Source: Octopus vulgaris (lineage: Eukaryota). Taken from it: a stretch of 64,000 bases of DNA. The translations under genes were made by a program, and so were the position numbers. The stretch spans positions 156,550,001 through 156,614,000 of the forward strand of contig OX597817.1 of NCBI GenBank assembly GCA_951406725.2, given 5' to 3'. Shown piece after piece: positions 39,133 through 51,473 of the stretch (positions within the stretch are counted from its first letter, which is position 1; each line of letters starts with the position of its first letter). The notes under the pieces were generated by a model. The model saw only the letters and a list, made by a program, of their open reading frames with translations, made no database searches and was not told where the DNA came from.

Positions 39133-40888
39133 GTAAGACAAAAGTACTTAGCCATTTACATCATCATCCTTTAACATTCATTTTCTATGCTGGCATGAGT
39201 TGGACAGTTTGACCAGAGAGTTGGAGAGCTGTACCAGGTTCCTGTCTGATTTGGCCTGGTTTCTACAGCTGGATGCCCTTCCTAATGCCAACTTCTTTAC
39301 AGTGTGTGCTTGGTGCTTTTTACATGGCACCACACAGGACTCTTGCAAGCCAATCCCCTTCATTAGTGGGAGCAGCCTTAATGCTTCTGCTGCAGTGGAT
39401 GGGTCTTCTTGAGTACAGGAAGATGCCAGATATCTTGGTCTTTTGTCATCTCCTCCAAAAGGTTCAGTGTCCTGAGGTCATTCTTCAGTACTTTGTTCCA
39501 TGTCTTCTTGGGTCTTCCTCTTCCATGAGTTCCAAAAGTAAATTCTTAAAATGAAATTCAGAGCTATAATTGTTTGAGTAGTATAATACTATTCACAGTT
39601 CAGGCAGCACATTTGATGTTGCTGATACCAAGTTATAATGTTCTACATTGGACTACACCTGCATTGTGGAGAAGAGGGTAGGGAACACTGCATGAATGTC
39701 AACCAGTTGCCTTTCCCACCTGCTCAGACTTGTACACAGCTCTTATAATCTTTTAAACGATCATAGGATACATACATACCTGTATATATATATATGATAT
39801 TATGAAATGGTCATCTAGTTGCTAATTGTATGTTTCTGCAACCCACTGGCACATTAAAGATAGATTTCATAAATCTGACCTGTTTAGTCATATCCAGATG
39901 TGACTCCAACTGGTGCCACTAGTATTTTGTTTGCTGATGTCTTAATTTCTTCCGTAATATTTAGGTAAATTTCAGATTCTTTTGATAGAGAGAAACAGCC
40001 ACTAATCCAATCACTACACAACCACTACAAACACCACTACTACCATTTCCTGAAAGGAAGAAAAAGTAAAAGCTTATTTTGGGTTTAGGAGCAGAGATAT
40101 GGTAGCCACGATCATACTGTACAGTTACCTCCATACTCAAATGTTCAAACCTTGCTTGTAAACCTAATTAAAAATACACATAACTTTAAGTTATCACTAG
40201 TGGTTAAGGGCCAGCTGAGTGTAGAAACACTTTCTATAGTTGTTCAGAACATATTTTTCAGACCATCAAATGATAATTTGAAGATGAATGGTTGTTTCTT
40301 TGATAACTACCTTAGAGTTTTCTAAGAATATCTTGGCACTTTTTAGCTAATGTCATTGTCATGTTGGAAGAAAATATCCTCATAGACTTTGAATTATTTC
40401 ATTCAATCACATTTTTATCTCTAATTGAATCAGGTTTTTATTTAAAGTCTGATATGAGTTTGGCATAGATTTGGTTTCGACTCATAATAAGATTTGGGCC
40501 AAAGTTGGCACTAGGTATTTACTGAAACTTGATATAAACTTTTTCTAATATGGAACAAAATTTTTCCTAATCCAAACTTCAGCTCTGAACTTTAACCTAA
40601 TGAAATATTCATTGCTGAATTTGAACCAAATTCTTTTGATTTTCTTTTCCTTTGAACTTAATGTTAAGGTCAAGTTAATTCAAAGGCTAAGTTCTGAACA
40701 AGATTTTTTTTTTTTTTTAACTATCTAATTATGATTGAGGGTTTTCTGCAGTTCTGAACTGCACAACAAAATTTGGCTGTAGTCTTTAACAGAATTCTCC
40801 AGCTAAGACAGACTAGTGAGCTTATAGATTCATCTCCAGCTTAGACAGGCATTTAAACAAATTCAAATAGATAAAATGTATTTAGGTA

Positions 40889-41050
40889 ATTTTCTTTTTG
40901 TGCCTTATAATGTAACACACTCACCGGTAAAATTTCCACTTATTTCTTATTTTTATTTTCCTAAAATTTTCGTTGCGTCTTGCAACCTTTTCAAAAGTCA
41001 AGACTATTTTACCGGTGAGTGTGTTACATTATAAGGCACAAAAAGAAAAT
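40889..41050. repeat. Perfect inverted repeat with 45-bp arms and 72-bp spacer
   Basis: 40889-40933 pairs with 41006-41050; related sequence occurs at about 24378-24425. Confidence 0.9.
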
Positions 41051-41494
41051 GACTCTCCCCAGACACAACAGAATATGCTTCAACACACAAACTCATGTAA
41101 AGAATCTTGCAAACCAAATCCAAAAACGAAGTATTTAGGTAAATTATGCAAAATATAATTTTTCAAAGATAATCTTCAGATTTATACAGCAAGAGTAGAT
41201 ACAGACATATTTCCATCAGAATCCACACACAAAAAATTAATTTCCAAACTGAGTCTTTTCTTTCTTACTTTTATTTTCCTCTCATTTTAGCTCCTACATT
41301 TGCTTGCATTGCTTTCTACTTCTGTTTGTTATTGTTGTTTCTTCCTTTTTTATTTGTTTGTTTGTTTGGTCATTTCTGTATATAAAAAAAAAAAAAAAAC
41401 TGCGCTATGTATAAATATGTTTGTAAATGATAATGAAATCTATAAATGATCACTGGCTGCAATTCCCCCTGTCAATTAATTAATTAATTACCAG

Positions 41495-41701
41495 AAAGGA
41501 GATTACTTTGCTGAAGACATATATGCCCGGGAATCATTTCGCTATGGCCGAGAGGCTGGCCCGGTGTATCGCGACACCATGATCAGTCAATCAGTGGCAC
41601 CGCGCACTGAAGCCGTGGTCTATCAAGGAGAGTTGACTGGTAGCATTGCCACCGACACTGGAAGTGACTTCAGATTTCTACCAGACGATTCTATACCCAA
41701 G
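41495..41701 (+). CDS. ANK: Ankyrin linker exon F (KGDYFAEDIYARESFRYG...FRFLPDDSIPK)
   Basis: ttaccag acceptor; aag|gtattc donor (weak); 207 nt, phase 0-0; CpG-containing, coding-like composition. Confidence 0.78.
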
Positions 41702-42118
41702 GTATTCACGCTCCTTCCAAACTTGATCTCTGTGTGGTTGTGTGTGGGTAGGTGTGCCTGTGTTCTAGTTTTTGCTTGATTTTCTGAAGGTTTTTTTTTT
41801 AGGGATTTTTTTTTTTTACCTTTTGCTTGTGTTATCGGGGGATTTTTTTTCTGGTTTTATTTTGTGGTTTGTATATATGGAATTATACATGCATATCCTT
41901 ATCTATATTTAACTCTACACTCATTCTAAACACACATCTTCACATACACAGTACATACATATACCACATTCACTTCCATAGCACATGCATGTCATATGTT
42001 CATGCATATCACATGTGCATAACATTACATGCACATACACATGGAAATTTTTATCCCTGAAGGGACTATTATATACACACTACAAACAGTATCACAGTTG
42101 GTAATATTCTTACAAGAC

Positions 42119-42697
42119 AGTGAGCTGGCAGAAACATTAGCTTACGGTCATATCACGAAAGCACCGGTTCTCATCCGATCACCGAAGTTAAGCAACATCA
42201 AGCCTAATTAGTACTTAGATGGGTGACCGCTTGGGAAACCTAGGTGCTGTAAGCGGAAAGAAAAAAAAAATTTTAAGGCAAGCTGGCAGAAACGTTAGCA
42301 CATCGGGTGAAATGCTTAGCGGTAATTCATCTGTCGCTACGTTCTGAGTTCAAATTCCGCTGAGGTCGACTTTGCCTTTCATCCTTTCAGGGTCGATTAA
42401 ATAAGTACCAGTTACGCACTTGGGTCGATATAATCGACTTAATCTGTTTGTCTGTCCTTGTTTGTCCCCTCTGTGTTTAGCCCCTTGTGGGCAGTAAAGA
42501 AATAAGAAATGTTAGCACACCAGACGAAATGCTTGGTGGTATTTTGTCTGTCTGAGTTAAAATTCCACCAAGGTCGACTTTGCCTTTCATCCTTTTGGGG
42601 TTGATAAATTAAGTACCAGTTGCATACTGGGATCGATCTAATCGACTGCCCCCCAACCCCACCCCAAATTTCGGGCCTTGTGCCTAGAGTAGAAAAG
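42119..42697 (+). mobile_element. Composite insertion: B-related SINE interrupted by 5S copy plus SINE B
   Basis: Outer TSD aatattcttacaagac at 42103-42118 and 42698-42713; inner SINE B at about 42275-42504. Confidence 0.88.
42140..42254 (+). pseudogene. 5S rRNA retrocopy/pseudogene
   Basis: gcttacggtcatatcacg...ccgatcaccgaagttaagc...agtacttagatgggtgaccgcttgggaa...ggtgctgtaagc follows the eukaryotic 5S sequence, including boxes A and C and complementary ends. It is about 115 nt, has a small deletion, and is followed by an A-tract. Confidence 0.9.
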
Positions 42698-42909
42698 AAT
42701 ATTCTTACAAGACCCTGCTTTGCTCAAATAGCAGAACATCTTCACATCTTGTGCTCCAGAAGAAACCACAACTAACTTGTGAATAAAATACTTGCAACTC
42801 ACTTGTATCATATTTGCACAGTGTATATATGGTACATGCAGACACATGCACACACACACAGTGTGTATATGGTATACGTACATAGTACTTATATACTTAT
42901 ATATATATA

Positions 42910-43031
42910 TATTTCTTTATTGCCCACTGGGGGGCTAAACACAGAGATGACAAACAAGGACAGACAAAGGGCTTAAGTCAATTATATCGACCCCAGTGCG
43001 TAACTGGTACTTAATTTATCGACCCCGAAAG
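42910..43031 (-). mobile_element. SINE B 3' half
   Basis: Reverse complement of about 42385-42505. Confidence 0.85.
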
Positions 43032-44647
43032 TACATATATACTTATATATACATACTTAAACCTTCAAAGACATGCATACAAGCACACCCATACACACAT
43101 TCCTATTCATATACATGAACGTTCTCACACATTCGTACAGGAATATACTCATATGTATATACACACAAATTCACACACTTGTTTATATACTCACACATAG
43201 AAACCTACCCAACTCCACCCAGTTAACTCTCTAACCAATTCTGTATTCTAACTTTATCCTTGTTGGAAGTGGTGCAAACTACCAGATTGTACAACTGTTA
43301 CAAGAACAGCTGCTGCTGTTGCTGCTGCTGGCTGCATGCAAATCGGTTATGAAATAGCATGTAGCATTTTGAATTTGACTTAGAGCTGCTGCATTTTGTG
43401 ACATGTGCTTAACTCTTGGGATTGTTTTTTCTGTCTTCTATTTCATGTGACATCTTTGCCATCTTGTAGTTTCTGCCCTCCCTTCTCCTCCTCCTCCTTT
43501 TCTTCCCTGCTCTCTTTCTTAACATCCTGTCCCTTGTCTTCTTGTAGCTCTAGTTCTTCCATATGTTTCTATTGATATCAGCATGTAGCCAAGCGATGAA
43601 TGGTGTCAGATGAGCTACTACCAATTTGGGATTTCTGAGTTCATACAACCCCCTGCTATTACCCTCCCTAACCCTCATTTCATTGTGTCTTTCAGGTTGG
43701 ACACTTAATTCTACATCACTTCAGTTTCTCAGGTAACTGTCCAAGACAGGCACCTGCATTTTCTAGGAGAATTACCCAGTACACTGTTTCAGTTTCTCAG
43801 GTATTATCCAGAAGAAGTGCCAATGTTTTCAGAGAAAGTTACCCACTGTGGACTGCATATTGCCTCAGTTCCTTGGGTAGCTATCTGAAAAAAAAATCAC
43901 ATTTTCTGTGATAGTTGCCAAAATCAAGACACAACTCCAACTCTATGGATCATTGTGCTTTTTGAATTGTCTTTAACTAAACCTTTAGTTGAGTCCCCTA
44001 CTCTTCCCTTAAAGTCAAAATGTCCTTTAAATTAGTTTGGTCAATTATTGAGCAGAGTGGCTGATCTTTTCTGTGGATGTTCAAATCCTGAGTTAAAATT
44101 TAATTTCTAAAAATTTGAAAAAATTTAGTAAAAAATTTTTTAAATTGTAGTAAATCCAGAAAGCTGCTGATATGAGTTCAATTTTAGCTTAAGATCACAG
44201 TTCAGTTCTATATTTTCAAATTCAAATACTAACTGTTCTGTTTTCTTTGTTGTAATGTTTTGTCAGATATGAGAGGAAACCTCTTATAGTTGGTGATTAA
44301 TCATGAGTAAAGATGTCACTGTGAATAAAGATAATCAACTATGAGTAAATACCGTAGACTATTTGGATCCACTTTGTTTGTGGCAGATTTGCGCCAGACC
44401 TGCTAAAGTGTTTAATTAACAGGTTTTGCTTTAAATAAGCCCTTGGATTATTTACAGTAACACATATGTGTGTGTTTGTACCTTACTAAGACACATATCT
44501 GTTTGTCACATGTAAATAAATGATACTCTTTTAAGAGAAACCAACATGCCTGTCATATTTTCTTGTTGAAAGGGTTGTAGTGCTACTATTAAAAGTATTT
44601 CCTCACACTCTGGATTTCCCCCACCCCCACCCTACATTTGTTCATAT

Positions 44648-44678
<31 letters not shown>

Positions 44679-46576
44679 TCTATCTATTGTCTTATTTTGA
44701 AATATATTGCCGACCCTGCAGAAATCCCTTCTAGTAGGACAGAGAAATAGGGAAAGAAATACGTTTGTTTATTATAGTTTCTGAGTGTAAGAGACAAGAC
44801 ATTATATCCCTTACTTAATACATCTTTGTGGTGGGGGTCACTGAAATTAAATATCAGTCTAACCGGAATCAATTTCATGGACAATTCCCTCACCAAAAAT
44901 ATCTCGCTCTATCCTTCTTGTCTGAAACCAGTATTTCAGGAAATTGTGTGTGTGTGTTTTCTCCCCTCCCATCTGCAAAAGCGTTGCGAACTCATTCCTT
45001 CTGTAAACTAATATGATGGAAGATTTCTTTTTCAATATAGTTAACAAGAAATGCTGAAACCAAACCAAACTTAATTTCATTTAGTTTTTCTTAATCTTTC
45101 TCCAGTTTTGCTCTACCATTTTATTCTAACTCTACAATTTTTCCTCAATCAACAGAGAAGTCTCTCTCTTTCTCTTTCTCTCTCTCTCTCTCTTTCAAAC
45201 ATTTTCATTTATATATTTAAATATAAATCCTTTCATACAGACTTCCGTGACAACGATCCTGTTGTATTCTTATATTATGTTGTTGCATTTTTAATCTTTG
45301 TAGTATTTCTAATCTAAACTTATATTAATTACTAACATACTAAATGTGTACTAGTGTTAACCATGTATAGTACCATATATGTTGGGTTTTATATAATATA
45401 ATACAATACAATACAATACAAATAGTAGTGTTATATAAACATTGTTAGGATATAGTATTTTATAGTACTGTGTAGATATAAGGCGTAAAAGTACAATACT
45501 ATACAGTAATGTTAAAATCCAGAAGTATATATTTACAGTTCCTCCACTGCTGTGATCCCTAGCCATTTTTGCACCATGCACCAGTATCATACAAGACAGT
45601 TTTTTCCACAGACCAGGGGACCACACACATCAAAACACAATAAAGGGTGTGATATATTATTTAATAATTACATATATAGTCCAAAAACACCCTGCAGATT
45701 ATGATGGTAAAAATAAAATAGGAATAAAACTTTATAATTTTTTCTGCACAGCCCAGTGGTTGAAGGCCCCTGCCCTGCTAGTATTACATTCTATTAGAAC
45801 ATACATAATACTACTGTAGGACAATAGTGGAGATATACACTACTATACAGTATCCAACATAAATAGTACTGTACTGTTATACATTGAATTCAACCCTTTT
45901 TTTCTTCTCTTCGTTCAAATGATTTCCCCTTTTTTTTTTATATTTCATAATAATCTTTAACTTGTGATATTTAAATTATTTTTCCTGTCTTTTTTATGAA
46001 TGTCTTAGTTTTTTTTTTCTTCTTTTTTCATCATAAAAATATTTTTAAATAAATCCACTTCTCATTCTTGTACTATTTTTCAGGGGTTTATTTTTTTTTC
46101 CTTTTGCTTGTGTTTATTTATTTTTTTTAAATTCTTTTTTTTTTTTTGAAGTGTGTGTTAAGTTTAAACTTATTATTATCTAATTTAATCTTGAACAAGA
46201 ATGATTCATTTTACTTCATAAATCATACATTTAATAAGTCTTCTTCTGACTCACATAAATAATTGGTAAATTAATTTCACTAAACTGCCTTTTAATAGCT
46301 TCAAATGGATTTAAACGTTGCCTAATTTTTCTTCATTTGTTAACATGTTTCTTAAAATCTCTCTCAATGATTCTGTATAATGAGATCTTTTAAAGAAATA
46401 ATTGTTCTATGCCATTGTTGCTGTAAATTCTTCACTTTTAAATAAATGCTTTGGTGCAAAATTGTCATGACTGTATCCTCTTTAGATGGAACTATTTGCC
46501 ATTGTATTCTGCTACAGCGTTTCTGTGGCATCATTGACATTGCTTTCAACAGCTTCCATTTCTTTATTCCTTGCAG

Positions 46577-46752
46577 CAACAAGACTACCTTGAACACCAG
46601 ATTATTAGTCATACATATGCTAGTCATCCTGACAACCGTTATCTGAACAACACAATGGAGAGTTCTCGTTATAGTTCGTACAGTGGCTCTTCCTTCAACA
46701 CAAGTTTTGACCCCGATAACGTGGCTGTTGACCGCACCCCAACTTACTCAGG
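46577..46752 (+). CDS. ANK: Ankyrin linker exon G (QQDYLEHQ...FDPDNVAVDRTPTYSG)
   Basis: tttattccttgcag acceptor; gg|gttagt donor; 176 nt, phase 0 to 2. The C-terminal DNVxxxxxPxxSG motif precedes ZU5 in ankyrins. Confidence 0.9.
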
Positions 46753-47538
46753 GTTAGTTTACAGACTTCCTTCCTACTTCTGAAAAGAAAAAAAAAAAAA
46801 AAACTCACTCACTCACACATACACACAAACAAAGTTTTGCCTTGAATTTCATTAAACAATGCTTAAGAATGCAGAACTTTTAACTAAATTTTCATTGCTG
46901 TAGCAACCATGATTTTTGTGACAGGGTTTTCCATTTTCTTTCATCAAACCCTTGTGTATTTTTTGTGTTATTAACTCAATACCTAAATCTGCTTTTCTTC
47001 TTGTGCCAATAACCTGATGAACTCTTAAAATGCTGTTAAATCTGCCAGCATTTGCTATTGGCTGTTATTCTCTTGCATTTTTGACAGTTTTGGTTTGAAT
47101 GTCTGTTTTACCGCTGTTGTTACAATTAATAGCCTGTAGTTGTTGATTTTGGTGCAGTTGAAGTGTTACTAAATAAACTCTTACATTTGAAAATCCGGTT
47201 TCAGAATTAACACTGCCAAATTAATTACACAGGTGTTGTTTATTCTGTGGATTGTACTGGGCACTTTCATTTGTTCTACATGACGTCTTGTTGTGTAGAA
47301 TCTTCAGTGTCACAACACAAGCTAATTAATGTGAGAACATAAAGTTTAATTTTAAAAAAAGGCATATTTTCTCAAGTTTTATATACATATATGAAATAAA
47401 ATGGAAGGTTGTAACATTCATGCCTTTTTTTAAGTGTATTAGAAACCAACTGAATATGGTTTCAATTGACAATCATAATTTGGGTATGGATATGGTTCAC
47501 CAGCAAATTCATATCAAACCACAGTACCCATCATCATC

Positions 47539-47575
<37 letters not shown>

Positions 47576-47717
47576 TAATCAACAAGCTTGAAACTCTTTG
47601 AAGAGGTAGCTGTGAAAGTTGCTCAGTAACCAAAAGTAAAAAGTCGTTAGTAGGAATTAAAATGGGGGTTTTCCCAAGAACTTGCTGTGTCAGTATCACA
47701 GCATTTAATCTAATATT

Positions 47718-48010
47718 GTTTGTTCCTTCTCTAGCCATGCCTGGCTCATAAGGGCCGGTTTCCTTGGCGTATAGGTTCCCCACCTGGATGGGACACCGGT
47801 CCGTCACAGGTGAGCTGCAAGATGCAGGAGGAAAGAGTGAGAGAAAGTTGTGGCAAAAGAGTCAGCAGAAGTTCACCGTTACCTTCTGCTGGAGCCGCGT
47901 GGAGCTTAGGTGTTTCGCTCATAAACACACAGATTGCCCAGTCTGAGATTCGAACCATGATCCCTCGACCGCGAGTCCGCTGCTCTAACCACTAGGCCAT
48001 GTGCCTCCAC
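47718..48010 (-). mobile_element. SINE sharing the family A head but with a different 3' part
   Basis: The tRNA head and the aacacctaagctccacg...caactttctctcactct segment match family A; the tail diverges. Confidence 0.8.
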
Positions 48011-49994
48011 TAATTTAATATTTTTACCCATACATACCTGAAATCGTATGGAGTCTTTCAGAAGTTAGGTACAGGTAAAACACAAACATGTGAGTACACT
48101 CACAGGAATCACCCAAACTAATGCCAGCTGCACACTAACACTCACATGCACACATACACAATATGCATCAAATAAAAATTAAGAAAATTTGATCAAAATA
48201 TTTCAGTATATTTTTCAGTATAATTTAGTGTATTCATTTAAGTAATTAACCCTATTTTGACAATGTTTGACACCCCTGTAACCTTTTCACCCTGAATTCT
48301 GCACCAATTTTCTGATCTCCCATCCCACTCTCCTGAAATTTATTTTAACCCTGTTTCTGAAGTTGATCTTCTGTTTTTTCAACCATAGCAAACTAAAATG
48401 GAAAAGGTAACTCTTAAACTAACTTTCACCTTCTTATACATCTTTATTTTCTCTGTGTTTGTCCTTAACTTAATTAAAGTTTTTCCATGTTGTTTGTTTT
48501 TATTGCTCAACCTTCCTTCCTGATAATGTTTACATGTTTTGATGCACGCTTGCAGCCTGCTACAAGTAGCTGCCATAATAAATAACATTGTGTGAGCGAA
48601 AGGAAGCAAAGGCTGATTGCATGTTTGGTGTCAGTGGTGTTGTATATGGGTCACTGGAAGTAGTTGTAGGTAACTAACACATTATAATACTGTTGTAGAT
48701 GGTTGTTTTGCTGACACATCATTCTACATAACTTTAATTCACTTCACTACAAGGAATAGGTTACTAAGGTTTCTCTGGGAGAGGTTCATTAGTAAGAAAC
48801 TAATGTTCTATCTATGGAAGGTTTGCCTCTTATCTATTTATCTCATCTGCACTGAAACACTGGTTCAAAAAGGGATACTTTGAATGTTGCACTGCAAATG
48901 TTGTAGACTGGTTGTAAAAGCTTTTCGCAAGTCAGTTTTACTTAGAGTAATTTGATTTGAAAGAACAATTAGACAGTCAATTGGTAGTTTCAGCTTCCAG
49001 TTGGAACTATTCTGTTTTGGATTTATGATTTCACCTATAGCCAATAAACATCCTTTAAGATAACTCAGACAATTTACTGGCCTCATATATTAGTATAAAA
49101 AGAGACTAATTCAATCTCCAGAAGACTATATATATAATTGTATGGCAATTATTCATTATATTTTACAGAATTTAATAACACGTTTGTTCTCTTTTCTCTT
49201 GTAAAAAGGCCTGTCTTTAGAGTAGAAATAATATTTTTGAATTAGTTATAGAACCTACTGACTCCGTTGGTTTTGTCCTGTTGATGCCCTCTAGAAGTTT
49301 TTATCTATGCTACCATTATAGCATACATTTGGGAAGGTATTGCTTCTGTGATGAAGAACTGAAAGCAATTGCAACTTACCAAGAAAGGCTAACACTCCAA
49401 ATGAATCAGCTTCAAAATGGGTCTGACTGACCGGGCCAGTAAGTTAAGCTGTCAAGAATAGAATCTAATAATTTAATAGAATCTAAAAGCATTTAAACTT
49501 CAGTAAAGCCTCCAACAGCCATTTGAGTTGTAGGACATTTATATCAATGAATTTTGCTCTGTGTGTGTTTCAACATCCTAGTTATTTGATGGTCTTACAC
49601 AGAAGAGGTTAATACACATAACCTGGTAATGCTGTCCAAGACTAGGAAATTCAGAATAACTGAATAAAGTAAAAGCATTTGCTCAAATTTACAAATATAT
49701 ATGCATGTCACAATATCATTATGGTATCAACCAGACTATGAGATGTTGTTATACATCACTGATCACAATGCACTTTGCATTGTTTTAGTTTTCAAATGAT
49801 GCCACCCTGCTGGGTAGGCAAGCAAGCTGACTTTCCCCTTTGATCAGAAGGCTATTCCATTGCAAGTTTACTTATTTACAGTCAAGTGGACTGGAGCAAT
49901 GTGAAATGAAGTGTTTTGCTCACCTGGTCTAGGAATCGAACTCATGATCACTAGATTGTGGGTGCAACACTGTAACCACTAGGCCCTGCCCCTT

Positions 49995-50030
<36 letters not shown>

Positions 50031-50334
50031 AGGTATGATCCAGAAGTATGTAGTTCTGGGAAAGGAGGATTTGTACAAAGTCTTCAACACTAGAAATTAA
50101 CCCTGTAACTGTAATTAAATTTCATAGATGTTCCAATAATGATGTTAAAAATCTACCAAAAAATAGAATTGGTATTTTTTCTGCAAGTTATGTTGCCTCA
50201 ATAAACTTGATACATCTCATTGAAAAATAGTTTCAAACTTAACATACCTCAACAAAAAGTAGATTGGTACAAAAAGGAAAACTGCTTTCTGCAGTTGAGA
50301 TGGTTATATAAGGTGAATACATAGGACAGGTGTC

Positions 50335-50622
50335 TATCGGAGACCCCCTTCGGTCACGACACAGACCATGGGATTGCACCTAGAAAGTTACCCTCCTAGA
50401 CAAAGTCCGGGCGAGGTTGTTTATGGAAGACCAGCAGTCGCCCATGCATACCAGCCTTCCCTCTCCACATCACCAGTGTTATCCAAGGGAAAGACAACGG
50501 CCGATACAGCTTGGCAACTCATTTCTACAGCTGAGTGAACTGGAGCAACGTGAAATAAAGTGCCTTGCTCAAGAACACAACACGCAGCCCGGTCCGGGAT
50601 TCGAGCTCACAACCTCACAATC
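50335..50622 (-). mobile_element. SINE-like element (cttgagcaaggcact core)
   Basis: B-box-like gagctcgaatccc on the minus strand; a related segment lies at about 49870-49990. Confidence 0.65.
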
Positions 50623-51421
50623 ATAAGATAAATAAAGGTGCAGTTGATTCGTGCGTTGGTGTTTTAGAGAATGCTTGTGATTTAAGGTTCACTTACCGTG
50701 TATTCAGATTTTTACTTGGCAAAATACGTGTTTGTGGGGTTGTGTATGTGGTGCACAGGCATGTTTCAGTGTCTATGCCATGGGAAGAGTTAAGAGGTGC
50801 CTGTGTGATGCTCTTCAGGATACACTTAATGCTTTGAGATATTTTCTACTTTAGGCACAAGCCAACAATTGGGTGGGGGTAAAGTGGGGGTGAAGAAGGG
50901 TTTGGCCAATTACATTGAACTTGAGTGGACTGGTATTTTATTTTATCAATCCTGGAGGAATGAAAGGAAAAGTTGATCTTGGCAAGATTTGAATTCAGAA
51001 TTTTAAAAAAAGCCTGAAATATATGCCACAAGATTTTTTTTTTTTTTCAATCCCCAACACTAAGGACTTAGCTAATCCCCTGTCTGACAGAACCATTAGA
51101 GCAATGGACCAAATTTGCCCTGTGGTTTTTGTTCTAGTTATCTACATTCTGAGTTCTAAACCACCATGAAGGTCACTTTGTCATTCATCTCTCTGGGATC
51201 AATAAAATAGAGTGCCAGTAGATACTGAGATCATTGTGGACAACTAAGCCTGCCCTCAAAATTGTTGGCCTTGTAGCTAAATAAGAAACAGTTCTTTGAA
51301 ATATTAAAATGTCTTCTTCCTTCTTAACTCCTCCAGTAGTATATGTAGTAGTTGTGTGATTTTAGTAGTAATAGTAGTAGTAGCAGTGTGTGATTGCACA
51401 TTATGTATATATATATATCTA

Positions 51422-51473
<52 letters not shown>

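Noticed and set aside
42140-42254. Functional 5S rRNA gene
   Set aside because: It is solitary, has a small deletion and substitutions, has an A-tract rather than an immediate T terminator, and is embedded in SINEs.
43590-43732. Possible exon(s) near ttcag|gttgga...ag|gtaact
   Set aside because: The 37-nt segment breaks the phase 0-0 frame between exons F and G and shows no ankyrin similarity.
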